NCBI RefSeq assembly: GCF_006345805.1
Contig: NW_021832507.1
Span: forward strand, 1 to 30,562
DNA from: Octopus sinensis
Taxonomy: Eukaryota
Length of the DNA: 30,562 nt
Reading direction: 5' to 3'
Part shown: piece by piece, positions 1-11,970 of the stretch
Layout of the letters: every line of letters begins with the position of its first letter
Position numbering within the stretch: the first letter of the stretch is position 1
Translations under genes and position numbers: made by a program
The notes under the pieces: model-generated
The model's input: only the letters and a program-made list of their open reading frames with translations
Databases searched by the model: none
Told to the model about the DNA's origin: nothing

Positions 1-338
1 ATTAGCAATCACTCTGTAGTGCACTATTATTTAATTGATCAATCGATTATTTAATTAATCAATTGATTAATTAACATACAAGGTATACAAAATAGCCATG
101 CCAATTTTACTCTAACCGCATTTCCATACACTATAAATTGCATTAGTTGATAATAGTGCGGTGGGTAGAAGTCGAGTACATTTTTGTTGTTGTGATAAGT
201 CTAAAGTATTATATCGACTGTGTCCATGGAGAGGAACAGAAAATATGTGTAGCCACATGCTTTACATTTTCTCAGTATATCTATATGGTGTGCGTATGGG
301 TTTATCTCTGCCAGCATAATATATATATATATATATAA

Positions 339-380
<42 letters not shown>

Positions 381-595
381 TATATATATATGATTTAGCA
401 GTATACATTTTTTATACAGACTCCCACATGGAACGCTCCTCACATAACCTCTTTCACTCACTCTTACTCACCCTCTCACTCACTCACTTTCTCTTCTTTT
501 TTTTGTATGAAACGATACAGACTGTGAGAGACACACATGCATACCTACAAACATCCATTCATACAACATGTCTGTGCGCTTTATAAACACACACA

Positions 596-643
<48 letters not shown>

Positions 644-1355
644 TTATATATGTATTTTATAATATATTTATATATGTATATTTATATATATATTATATGT
701 ATGTATATACGTATGTGTATATATACATTTCTATGTGGGTATGCATATTATATGTGTGTGTGTGTGTGTATGTATGCATATACTTATACATATATTATAT
801 ATACAAATATATGTATGCATGTATATGTATACTGAACGAGAGTAATTAGTGTGTATATATATATATATATATATACTATATATATATATAATATATAATG
901 TATATATATATACACACATATATCAGACATTTTACACTCACACACATGTGCTTACACAAATACACACGCAACACACACAACTTACAGACACACACATACC
1001 TACATACACGCACGCACGCACCGACACTGACACACACAACGTTTACACTCACACAGACGTCATTAATGTTTTCCCTATGTTTCACTTAAGAGTGCAAGGA
1101 GCCAGACGTGTGACGATCAACTGACAGACAGACAATCACACTGTCATGCAGGCAGCCAGTCAAGGAGACAACTGTGAAAAAAAGTGACAGCTAACGGTTA
1201 CCGTTATGACTACACGCGAACAAATTACATACACACATAAACATAGATACAGTCGCGAACCCACAAACACACATACATAACATAAACGCATCACGCATAC
1301 TTATACATATATGGAGAGAGAGAGAAATATATAGATTGTTAGGGAGATAAACTGT

Positions 1356-1356
<1 letters not shown>

Positions 1357-1412
<56 letters not shown>
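1357..1412. repeat. (GATA)n microsatellite at the 3' end of the Tx1-like element
   Basis: Perfect TAGA/GATA run; a degenerate GATA/GACA run resumes at ~2268-2385 on the element's other side. Confidence 0.95.
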
Positions 1413-1414
<2 letters not shown>

Positions 1415-2266
1415 GTTTCTTTATTGGCCACACAGCGCTGCACACAGATGGGACAAGTTACAAGGTAGAGCTTTTCTTTTGGGGATGAATAAAACAAAAA
1501 ACAAAAGAAACAAAAAAAAAAGGGGGTGGCGTAGGTTTTCGATCAAGAGGGATCGTAAAAGGGAAGAAAAGAACAAAAAAAATTTTTTTTTTAATAAATA
1601 AATAAAAGAAAAAAGAAAAAAGAAAAATAGAAAAAAAAAAGGAAAAGGAACAAAAGAAAAGAGAAATGAAAAAGGAAGAAAAAAGGGGGAAAAATGGGAA
1701 GAGGTAAAAAAAAACGATCAATAGGGATCGTGTATCACAGTGTTATGATATATGGTGTAAAGGGGAAAGCAAGTAAGGTTTATCCGTGGGAAGAAAAGCC
1801 TACGAAAAAGACCCCGGTAACCTTGGTCAATATTGTTATGTTATCACATTTGTTTGCAAGTGGGTAACCCTCTGTTTTCAATTTCTGGGTTCATAGGATT
1901 ACGCTCAAGGTGGCTTCGTCATTCATACGTGCCATCCTTGCTACATTCACCCATCTTTTTTAAAACATTCGCTAGACAAAACTTGCCTCTCTACTCTCAC
2001 TTTCCTTTTCAAGTGGTACTTGAAGAAGTTGATGAGAGATTGACCAGAGAGGAAAGTGTTTGTCTCCAATCCTTTCAGACGAGTCCACCAGATACATTCT
2101 TTCGCCATAGCCACAAGGACGATGAAAATAGCTCTTCCTTCCCGTTTGAAGGAAGGAGGCGTGACAATATTGACGATAGACTCAGCTGATAAACCGACTC
2201 GTCCCACACGTGACAGCAGTTGTTCGACATAAGCCCACAGATCGGAAATTGTTGGACACTGCACGA
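1411..2266 (-). mobile_element. 5'-truncated Tx1/L1-clade non-LTR retrotransposon (ORF2 C-terminus plus pyrimidine-rich 3'UTR)
   Basis: The minus strand reads LVQCPTISDLWAYVEQLLSRVGR...LVAMAKECIWWTRLKG...FFKYHLKRKVRVERQ. After a 1-nt frameshift in an A run (~1957) it continues RWVNVARMARMNDEATLSVIL* (TGA 1891-1893). The CP..W...AK..IW..R pattern follows the zf-RVT in L1/Tx1 ORF2. AATAAA lies at 1420-1425 (minus), directly before (ATCT)n. Confidence 0.75.
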
Positions 2267-2724
2267 GAGATAGATAGACAGATAGAGAGATAGATGGATT
2301 GATAGATGGACAGACAGATCGATAGATAAATAGACATAGAAAGGCGGACAGAAAGACTAACAACTAGATAGATGGACAGATAGATATTTTCTATTTGTGT
2401 GCACTAGGTGATTTACACTCGAATAACCACGGAGATTCGCACGTGTCTGGACAATAACTGTTGAGTGACTCATCAACTCGACACATAAATATACTCAATA
2501 CGGCAAGTATTGAGTACTCTATTTTTCATTTGCATTGCTAGGCACGCGCGCACTCACACATACACACACAGACACACAGACACACACAGATCCACATGCA
2601 GACACACACAGACATGCGTGCGCTCACATATTTATAGGATATAAACGGGAGTTTGGTCATAAAAATATGTAACTGTTTTAAATGTCCAATCTTTCGGTTA
2701 AATCAAACTCTATTATATATATAT

Positions 2725-2756
<32 letters not shown>

Positions 2757-2784
2757 AGATATATATATATATATATATATATAT

Positions 2785-3155
2785 AACAACTAAGAGAAAA
2801 GAGCCGGTTTCTAACCTAAATCCAAGGCTTCTTCATTAGAATTTCAATATCAACAGGATTTTTTGTATGCATTGTGTATGTATGTGCAGAACTTGTATGT
2901 TTTGTTTTATGTATGTCTTCTCATGTACAAACTTCGCATGCCTAGACATGTTCGTATATACTTAAATGAAAAAAACTTCTGGAATGATTTTTTTTTTTAG
3001 ATCTGTAGTCTTCGTATCAGCAATTTCCTTTCTGGTTTTGAGAAGCCTAATTTCTCAAGATTAGTATTCAGACAATGTATCAATGTATTACATATCCCAG
3101 TGCTTCAATAATTACAGGTATAAACCTGAACTTGTAATCTGGATAGAGGATCGTA
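2785..3155 (-). mobile_element. 3' fragment of an RLE-type (R2/R4/NeSL group) non-LTR retrotransposon
   Basis: The minus strand reads ILYPDYKFRFIPVIIEALGYVNTLIHCLNTNLEKLGFSKPERKLLIRRLQI*. PxIxxALG is the C-terminal RLE motif. A 3'UTR follows and ends against (TA)n at ~2785. Confidence 0.65.
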
Positions 3156-3385
3156 TAATGGTTAGAATGTCACTTTTGGTCGTTGCAGTTTGGAAGATTA
3201 TTTGCTTATTTCCTCACAACTTACGAAATATTTTATTGCATTCACTTGAAATTTTCACAAAATATAGATATCAGCTATATCTAAATATGTGTAAAATATC
3301 TAATCTCAACGTTTTGTTCATCTTCTATAATAAATATTTCAATACACTTATTTTTAATGAACCTTATATTATGGCCGCTACTATA

Positions 3386-3795
3386 TACTCTTTACTCTTT
3401 TCTCTTTTACTTGTTTCAGTCATTTGACTGCGGCCATGCTGGAGCACCGCCTTTAGTCGAGCAAATCGACCCCAGGACTTATTCTTTGTGAGCCCAGTAC
3501 TTATTCTATCGGTCTCTTCTGCTGAACCGCTAAGTGACGGGGACGTAAACACACCAGCATCAGTTGTCAAGCAATGCTAGAGGAACAAACACAGACACAC
3601 AAACACACACACACACACATATATATATACATACATATATACGACGGGCTTCTTTCAGTTTCCGTCTACCAAATCCACTCACAAGGCATTGGTCGGCCCG
3701 AGGCTATAGCAGAAGACACTTGCCTAAGATGCCACGCAGTGGGACTGAACCCGGAACCATGTGGTTGGTTAGCAAGCTACTTACCACACAGCCAC

Positions 3796-3796
<1 letters not shown>
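3386..3796 (-). mobile_element. tRNA-derived SINE, family A (CORE-like, resembles octopus OR2-type SINEs), full length
   Basis: The minus strand has an A-box-like TGGCTGTGTGG, a B-box-like GGTTCAGTCC, a CORE-like cttgggcaagtgtcttct segment, a central TA/CA microsatellite and an (AAAAGAGT)n-like tail. Six or more related copies occur in this window. Confidence 0.85.
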
Positions 3797-3834
<38 letters not shown>

Positions 3835-4086
3835 AGAGAGTGAAGAGTGGAGAGGAGGGAGAGGGCGAGAGAGAGAGAAAGTAGAGAGAGAGGAGAGAGA
3901 GAGAGTGAGAGAGGGAGAAAGATGTTTGTAAGTATGTACGTACGTATGTATGCATGCTAAAATCTAGAAATAATATGGCTGCATTTTTATATAACCAATA
4001 ATTAGTCTTTGTAACTTATTTCACTCGATTTACGCTGTGTTGTATATAAAACAGACATGTGAGTGTGTGTGGTGTGTGTGAGTGTG

Positions 4087-4117
<31 letters not shown>

Positions 4118-4334
4118 ACACATGCTTTTATTTATTTGCATCCACTTTCACGAATATGTATTATATTCATTTACCTATATAATTTTTGTGATTCTTTTGC
4201 TAGATCTTGATGAGAAATCGTGTGTTGAAACAGATGTTGATGTACCTAAAAAAATGTCATTTTGCCAATTATGACACACACATTGGTTATATTTCGTTTC
4301 CTCTTAATATTGTGGTTGTTGATATTACTGTTGT

Positions 4335-4336
<2 letters not shown>

Positions 4337-4383
<47 letters not shown>

Positions 4384-4478
4384 TAATAATAAAATAACAA
4401 TAATAATAATAATAATAATAATAAGATATGATGATGATGATGATGATGATGATGAGGAGGAGGAGGAGGAGGAGGAGA
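4337..4478. repeat. Compound trinucleotide microsatellite (AAT)n-(GAT)n-(GAG)n
   Basis: Read directly from the sequence. Confidence 0.95.
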
Positions 4479-4479
4479 G

Positions 4480-4623
4480 GATTTCAAATTTTGGCTCAAG
4501 GCCAGTGATTTAGAGGGAGAGGGTAAGTCGATTTCGTCATTCCTAGTGCTCAACTGGTACGTATTTTATCGACTTCAAAAGAATGAAAGGCAAGTCGACC
4601 TCAGTGGAATTTGAACTTAGAAC
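4480..4623 (-). mobile_element. SINE family B fragment (Meta-domain-like core)
   Basis: Diverged reverse-complement match to the family B body at 22961-23175 (gagttcaaattcc..gaggtcgactt..gcctttcat..gtcgataaaata..gtaccagtt). Confidence 0.7.
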
Positions 4624-4669
4624 CTGCTAGTAACTTATATATATATATATATACTATATATATATATAT

Positions 4670-4798
4670 TAAGGTATGTAGAAAAATACAACATGGACAA
4701 GAACGTATAACTCTTAGAAGACGATACAATAAACACGGACAGGACATTCGAAACCCTCAGTCTTCAGTCAAGAACCGGATCATCGTAGTAATTTCGGC
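4670..4798 (+). mobile_element. Partial copy of the TAAGGTA-terminal direct-repeat element
   Basis: Near-identical to 11208-11335 and to the reverse complement of the 16304-16462 and 17080-17238 repeats; flanked by (TA)n. Confidence 0.8.
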
Positions 4799-4800
4799 AT

Positions 4801-5471
4801 ATATATATCAGTACTTTATTATCTCCCCTTCTTTCTAGCTCTTTGTCCAACTACCTTATATGTTTGACTTTTGCTTTGTACAAGTTGACTAGGGTGCCAT
4901 ATATTTGGCTTTGCACAGAATTTTGTTCTAGAGAACGTCTAAGAAAACAGGAAAATTATAAGCTTGTTTTAAAATTTTGTGATTACATAAACAGTATTTT
5001 ACGTAGGATATGGGCAGTTTCCATGAGCACTATTGTTTGAATTTCTTCCATTTTAGGATTTCCTGGTAATCTGAGCTAAGTACCATCAGCCCCTTTGCTA
5101 TCATTCCTAGGGCTATTATTTATTATTGTAGTTGTTGTGTTTTTGTTATTTTCATTATCATTATTATTATATTATTATATTCTATTATTCAGTAGTTTTA
5201 TTTTTATAGCGTGCTTTCACTTCACTACCGAGCTTAGCTCTGTGTGCCTTGGGTATGTGCTGTGATTTGTTGTGATGGTCGAAATCAGAGCATCACAACA
5301 ATCACAGCACATACCCAAGGCACACAGAGCTGCGCTCGGTAGTGAAGTGAAAGCACGCTATAAAAATAAAACTACTGAATAATAATAACATATAATAATA
5401 ATAATTATAAAAATAAATAATAAGAATATAACAATAACAATAAAATAATAATGAATAATAATAATAATAAC

Positions 5472-5531
<60 letters not shown>

Positions 5532-5920
5532 TAATAAATAGTAATAATAATAAATGATACCAAAAACAACAACAACAATAACAACTACAATAATAATAAT
5601 AGCCCTAGGAATGATAGCAAAAGGGGCTGATTGCTACTTAGCTCAGATTACCAGGAAATCCTAAAATGGAAGAAATTCAAACAATAGTGCTCATGGAAAC
5701 TGCCCATATCCTACGTAAAATACTGTTTATGTAATCACAAAATTTTAAAACAAGCTTATAATTTTCCTGTTTTCTTAGACGTTCTCTAGAACAAAATTCT
5801 GTGCAAAGCCAAATATATGGCACCCTAGTCAACTTGTACAAAGCAAAAGTCAAACATATAAGGTAGTTGGACAGAGAGCTAGAAAGAAGGGGAGATAATA
5901 AAGTACTGATATATATATAT
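4801..5920. repeat. Long inverted duplication (fold-back palindrome): arms 4801-5277 and 5291-5920, 13-nt spacer
   Basis: 4801-5130 is the reverse complement of ~5580-5920 with only a few differences. 5190-5277 is the reverse complement of 5291-5380. The spacer is gtcgaaatcagag (5278-5290). The arms differ mainly in (AAT)n length. Confidence 0.95.
5600..5858 (+). mobile_element. 3' end of an R4/Dong-like RLE retrotransposon (mirror copy at ~4860-5115, minus)
   Basis: ALGMIAKGADCYLAQI, then after a frameshift PGNPKMEEIQTIVLMETAHILRKILFM* (TAA 5732-5734). This matches the recalled R4/Dong C-terminal ..ALG...Q..VL.GTAHILRK.L. The 5' side is embedded in (AAT)n. Confidence 0.75.
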
Positions 5921-6328
5921 ACTCTTTTACTCTTTTACTCTTTTACTTGTTTCAGTCATTTGACTGTGGCCATGCTGGAGCACCGCCTTTAATCGAGTAA
6001 CTCGACCCCGGGACTTATTCTTTTTGTAAGCCTCAGTACTTATTCTATCGCTTTCTTTTGCCGAACCGCTAAGTAACGGGGACATAAACACACCACCATC
6101 GGTTGTCAAGCAATGCTAGGGGGACAAACACAGACACACATACACACGCACGCTTATATATATATATACATATACGACGACGGGCTTCTTTCAGTTTCCG
6201 TCTACCAAATCCACTCACAAGGCTTTGGTCGGCCGAGCTATAGCAGAAGACACTTGCCCAAGGTGCCACGCAGTGGGACTGAACCCGGAACCATGTGGTT
6301 GGTAAACAAGCTACTTACCACAAGCGCC
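5921..6328 (-). mobile_element. SINE family A, full length
   Basis: Colinear with 3386-3796 over ~400 bp. Confidence 0.85.
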
Positions 6329-6392
<64 letters not shown>

Positions 6393-6405
6393 AATATATA
6401 AGTCA

Positions 6406-6794
6406 CTAGCAGTATCGCCCGGCGTTGCTAGGGTTTGTTTCGACCCTTTAGAATTGGAATTTTTGAAAATTAAAATTTTGCATTATGTAGCTTATTATTC
6501 TCTTTAAGTGAACATTTTTCTGGTTGAAATACACCGAAAAATAGTGACACAGCAGTAAAAAAATCGTAAAAAAATAGGGATTTTCATAGAAGAAAGCACC
6601 TTTTTGATGTAAATAATTTTTGGTCTTAACATAGTCCGATTTGAATTTTATCTTTTACGGAATGAAGAGCAAGCCTTCTTCCATCATACTCTCAGTTTTA
6701 GTCAACTTGCGCCGCAGGGTCTCGGAGGAGATAGTGTTAGTTGAAGGCAACCAAACCTGCTACACCCAGACAACTTCAGCTTTATATATATAGA
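6406..6794 (-). mobile_element. Non-autonomous Helitron
   Basis: On the minus strand it starts A|TCTATATATATAAA and ends ccctagcaacgccggg-cgatactg-CTAG|T. This gives a 5'-TC, a subterminal GC hairpin, a 3'-CTAG and an A|T target with no TSD. Confidence 0.8.
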
Positions 6795-6830
6795 TTTATC
6801 ACAAAGGAAATAATTACTGAATATACAGTA

Positions 6831-7075
6831 TATTCTTTTATTGTTGTATTCTTTTACTTGTTGCAGTCATTTGACTGCGGCCATGCTGGAACACCGCCTT
6901 GAAGTGGTTTTTAGTCGAACAAATCGAACCCAGAACTTGTCTTTTTTAGGCTTAGTACTTATTCTAATGGTTTCTTTTAACGAAGCGCAAGGTAACGGGG
7001 ACGTAAAAATACCAACAGCGGTTGTTAAGCGGTGGTGGTGGGAGACAAACATATACAAAAGCACGCACACACCCT

Positions 7076-7114
<39 letters not shown>

Positions 7115-7268
7115 GGGCTTCTTTCAGTTTCCATCTAGCAAATCCACTCACAAGGCCTTGATCGGCTCGAGCTGTAGTAAAATAACACTTGCCCAAGATG
7201 TCACGCAGTGGGACTGAAACCGGAACCATGTAATTGGGAAGCAGACTTTCAACCACGCAACCATACTT
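6831..7268 (-). mobile_element. SINE family A, older diverged copy
   Basis: Colinear with 3386-3796 but with more substitutions. Confidence 0.8.
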
Positions 7269-7556
7269 GCTTCTACTGAATATAGAATATAGTATAGAAT
7301 ATAATCGTATTAATTGGTTTCTTTGATTTTACATTAACACAACATCCTAAACGGCACATCGTATTTTACATCATACCGTTTATCCAATCATCTTAATTTG
7401 AAACTGAGTCAGGCAAACGGCTTCAACTGAATGAGTGTGTGTGTATGTGTGTATGTGTGTATGTGTGTGTGTGTGCATATGTGTGTGTTTGTGTGTGGGT
7501 GTGTGTGTGTGTGTGCAAGTATTTATGTATCTATGTTGGTAGCTTTGTAGGAACTG

Positions 7557-7944
7557 GGATCCTTTCGGTTTGAACGGCAGTTTTTAACATAATTTCTAGG
7601 TAAGTAAAAAATTTAAAACTTTGTTTGGCTTTATTGAGAAAATTTTATAGTTTGTAAGATATTTGTTGTTTTTTTTTCTTCAATTTCTGCAATTTCAAAT
7701 AATCAAATACGTCTATTGAGGTAAAAAAAACATTCTGTGCCGTATGAATATGTCCCTCGTTTAAGAAACAGATCGGGTTTAATTTACATTTCTGAAGAAA
7801 AAAAGATACCCCACCCCCACCCCCACTCCTAACCCTAACACTAAAACAGATTGAAATTCAATAGATCGATACTAGGGTCATATTTATGGGTGACAATTTC
7901 ATATGACGCCGCTAGAAAAACTGCCGTTCAAACCGAAAAGATCC
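7557..7944. mobile_element. MITE with 29-bp terminal inverted repeats (superfamily unclear)
   Basis: ggatcctttcggtttgaacggcagttttt (7557-7585) versus aaaaactgccgttcaaaccgaaaagatcc (7916-7944) shows 1 mismatch. No ORF and no clear TSD; an internal cctaaccctaac motif is present. Confidence 0.8.
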
Positions 7945-8740
7945 GGAAACGGGGTTAGTACTCATTTACTTTTAGCTGAAATTATATACATTCCCCGATT
8001 TACTGATTTCCAAACAATCAGTTTAATAAACGTGACTATGTTGTATCTATATACTGTATAAACGTCAAAAACATTTAACTTTTACCTCTTAGAGAAAAAG
8101 TATACCTTTTACTAAGACTTTATTGTGAATCAACGTTCGGAAATTATACCTGCTTGTCACCATCACTTAAAATATTTATCTGTTAAAAATATTTTGAATT
8201 ACATGACACAAAACTGTATACTCACGTAACATATCTATCAACATTCTAAAGAAAATCAAAATATTTCTTCAGATAATGTGAACAGAAAATAATACGTTAT
8301 TTTTTAGCGTCGTATATCTAAAAGGAAAACTTGCGAATGACAGCCTTATACAATTTCGTTCTGACAAGTTTTGTATTGTCAATATGCAACGTCGCCGGTT
8401 TTTTGCTGTTTATATCGCAAATAAATACAAAGTTGGCTTATTTACTAAATCGGTAAAATGTATAATTAAGCCGCAAATATTCTTGGAGTATTTACACTCT
8501 TCTATTTTCCTTTCATGTGCATTCGTATGTATGTCCATATTATTTATGCGTCTATGTGTAAATTTATAGATATATAAATTTTTATGTATATATTTATAAG
8601 TTTTTGTATGTGTATTTGTAGGTCTCCATACGTCTGTATGTATGGTGTATATTATTTGTGTGCGTGTGTATGTGTGGTGTGTGCGTGTGTATGTGTGTGG
8701 GCGTGTATTATTATATATATATATATATATATATCCTTAT

Positions 8741-8795
<55 letters not shown>

Positions 8796-9058
8796 TATAG
8801 AGAGAGAGACGAGAGAGAGAGAGAGAGATTGTGTGTGTGTGTTTGTACAAGTAAACAAACGAAAGAAACTGGCACTGAAACATTTGACAGGCGTTACATA
8901 ATATCTTAATGACAGTTGGACTTAGCTTCACATGACTTAGAGTTTCGTGGGCGAGTAGGATGGTCCATCTCAACAAATATCTGGTTATTATTGGATATAG
9001 ATAGATATACTATATAATATATATATATATCTATATATATATATATATATATATATAT

Positions 9059-9097
<39 letters not shown>

Positions 9098-9379
9098 TCT
9101 GTGTATGCGTGTACATACACATATACACGCAGACACACACACTCGCTTTCTCTATTCTTTCTTTCTTTCTTTCTTCTTTTCTTTTCTTCTTTCTTTCTTT
9201 CCCTCTCCCCACCACTCTCCCTCTCCCCCTCTCTCTCTCTCTCTCTCTCTCTCTTGCGCACGCATACACACTCACTCACTCACTCATACATACAAACACA
9301 AGCAGTTTTTAACTCTTTAACTGAAAATCTTCACTATCCAATACGTCTCCGAGTGAGAAACACGTCACATTCCAAGATG

Positions 9380-9477
9380 GCTGTTATGTCACTAATGTAT
9401 TAACTTTCGCGATACATCGCCAGCGACTCCCTGAAAATCTCCCCTGAAATCCCCGTTGAGCCGGGCAATACTGCTAG
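9380..9477 (+). mobile_element. Probable Helitron 3' terminus
   Basis: cccg-ttgagc-cggg hairpin followed by caatactgCTAG (9474-9477), like the 6406 element end. The 5' boundary is not identified, and the next base is A rather than T. Confidence 0.45.
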
Positions 9478-9851
9478 ATTCTTATAAATGGAAAATAATT
9501 ATTCACTTAAACGTGCAAATGACGAATGTCCTAAAAGCAGAAGTGAAACTAAGTTCCTTTACCTGGCTGCAATGATAATTTTCTGGGTGATAAGTGAAAC
9601 GTACCACAAGTGAAACTCTAAGGTGTAAGGTGTAATATGAAACTAAACAAACGCCATATATATAATTCTATTTAGGTTATACGTATTAAGTATTAAATGA
9701 AATGCAAATAGGTAGGGTCGTGTTTAGACATGAATCACTCCGCGTGATTTCACGTTTTATAGGTAGAACTATATTTATATAATTTTAAAATCTGAAATAC
9801 TCCCGAGCAATGTGCGTGTCTCTGTATTTGTATCTATGCGGGTGTGTCTTG

Positions 9852-9997
<146 letters not shown>

Positions 9998-10582
9998 TGT
10001 GTACGTATGCATACATGTGCGAATGTGTGTATGCATGTGTTCGTGGTGTTAGGGTTGGTGAACAAAAACAACCATGTACAAGATCAGGCAGATGGAAAAT
10101 ACCTCAGATAAGGAGTTTTCGTGTTTTCAAACTTTTGAAAGCAAGCTACCTATGGCGAAATTTTCAATGTGATTTCAAAGTTGTAATAAATATAACAAAA
10201 TCATAATAAATACTCATGGATTTAATCCAAAATTCTGAGATGTTAATTGTTTTCATTTAAAAATCCTTTTCTCTCTCTCTCCCTCTCCTTCTCCTTCTCT
10301 TTCTCTCCCCCCCTCTCTCTCTCATTGTATCTATGTACACACACAAACGCGCGCACATGATTTGTTTTGACTCTGACGAAGACATCATAGTGAAGGCCAT
10401 TCAGTGTATATTCAGTCGATGAATCTATCGATTTGAAAGAATTCAACCGTATTCAAAAGCATATCTGAAGCAGCTGTAAGCCTATAAATTGATCAAAGAA
10501 TGAATAAATAAATGCATATAACCAATTTTTCAGTCGATTCTTTCTATTTCTCTCTACACGTATTTGTGTGTACACACACACA

Positions 10583-10630
<48 letters not shown>

Positions 10631-11171
10631 CACACACACACATGGTAAATGAAAGACGGAAGATGAAAGATAATGCAGACATACCCATGTAAAAATACGA
10701 TTTTATTTATATTAATTTATCAACTTATGACAATAACTATTTTTATAATTGTATCTATTTTTATAACTGTTTATATTAAGCATTAATTTTAATGGTACAC
10801 TGTATTTTTCCTATTTGATCATTTAATGTTTTCATTATGTTTTAAATATGATATACATAAATTTATTTGTACGTTCTTCTCTGATGATATTCTGGTTTGT
10901 AATGATTAACCAAATTGACTTAATTAAATCAAATTAAATTTGATTGATTTTATACTATAAGCGATGAATTGAAACACTTGTAGGTTTTGTCAATTAGTAA
11001 ATTTTTATTAATCATATCTCCATCTTCTCTCTTGATTTTTATAATAATAATATATATATATATATGTGTGTGTGTCTGTATTACTAGGTATTCAACAGTC
11101 TAATCTTGGATATTTTAACCCTCTGAGGTTTATATATCACATGTATATATATATATATATATATATATATC

Positions 11172-11202
<31 letters not shown>

Positions 11203-11207
11203 TATAT

Positions 11208-11970
11208 TAAGGTATGTAGAAAAATACAACATGGACAAGAACGTATAACTCATAGAAGACGATACAATAAACATGGACAGGACATTCGAACCCCTCAGTC
11301 TTCAGTCAAGAACGGTCATCGTAGTAATTTCGGCTGATTAATCTTGAGATTACTAGATCACGGCCAGCCCTCCAAGAAAAACTATAGCTGGAAGCGTAGA
11401 TTTCCTGGAAGAAGGATCGAATGCATACGAACACCAGGACAGCAAAAGGGACAGATAAAAAAACAAAAAACAATAATGGAATACAGAAACATGAATACAG
11501 AAGCATTAACGGTGAAAACAACAAGTGTCTTACGACTGATAACAAGCAAACAAATTTTTTCTCTGGCGCATTGGAAAAAGCCTTTATAGCGGCGGACGAA
11601 GAACAACGATGTTAACACGACGAGGGTCAGGAGCTGAAAGGCAGATTTCGGCCAACAGTCACGTGACAGAGAAGAGGGAAAAGAAAAGAAAGAGAAGCAA
11701 AGGAAGAGAGAGAGAGAAAAGGGGGACAAAACGCAACAAAGAGAGAGAAGAGAGAGAAAGAGAGAGAGAGAGAGAGATAGAGAGAGAAGAGAGAGAAAAA
11801 GAGGATAAGAAGGAATCAGAGAGGAGAAGGGATGGGTGTCGAAGAATGACCTGTGAGTGCAGAGCGAGACAAAGAAATAGGAGGGTAGTGGAAGACTAGA
11901 CCAAAGGATCAGAGGAAAGAGAAGATGAATAGAGAGAAAGTAAAAATGAGAGAGAGAGAGAGACAAACAG
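11208..11970 (+). mobile_element. TAAGGTA-terminal non-coding element, copy B
   Basis: Reverse complement of ~16530-17238 along its whole length, with mostly small indel differences. Flanked by (TA)n on both sides. Confidence 0.85.

Noticed and set aside
137-338. Short open frames at the window start
   Set aside because: No recognisable motif and no convincing splice pair.
3001-3118. Apparent plus-strand exon (ttttAG...ACAG|GTATAA) with an open frame
   Set aside because: The minus strand gives a clear RLE retrotransposon C-terminal motif, which explains the sequence better.
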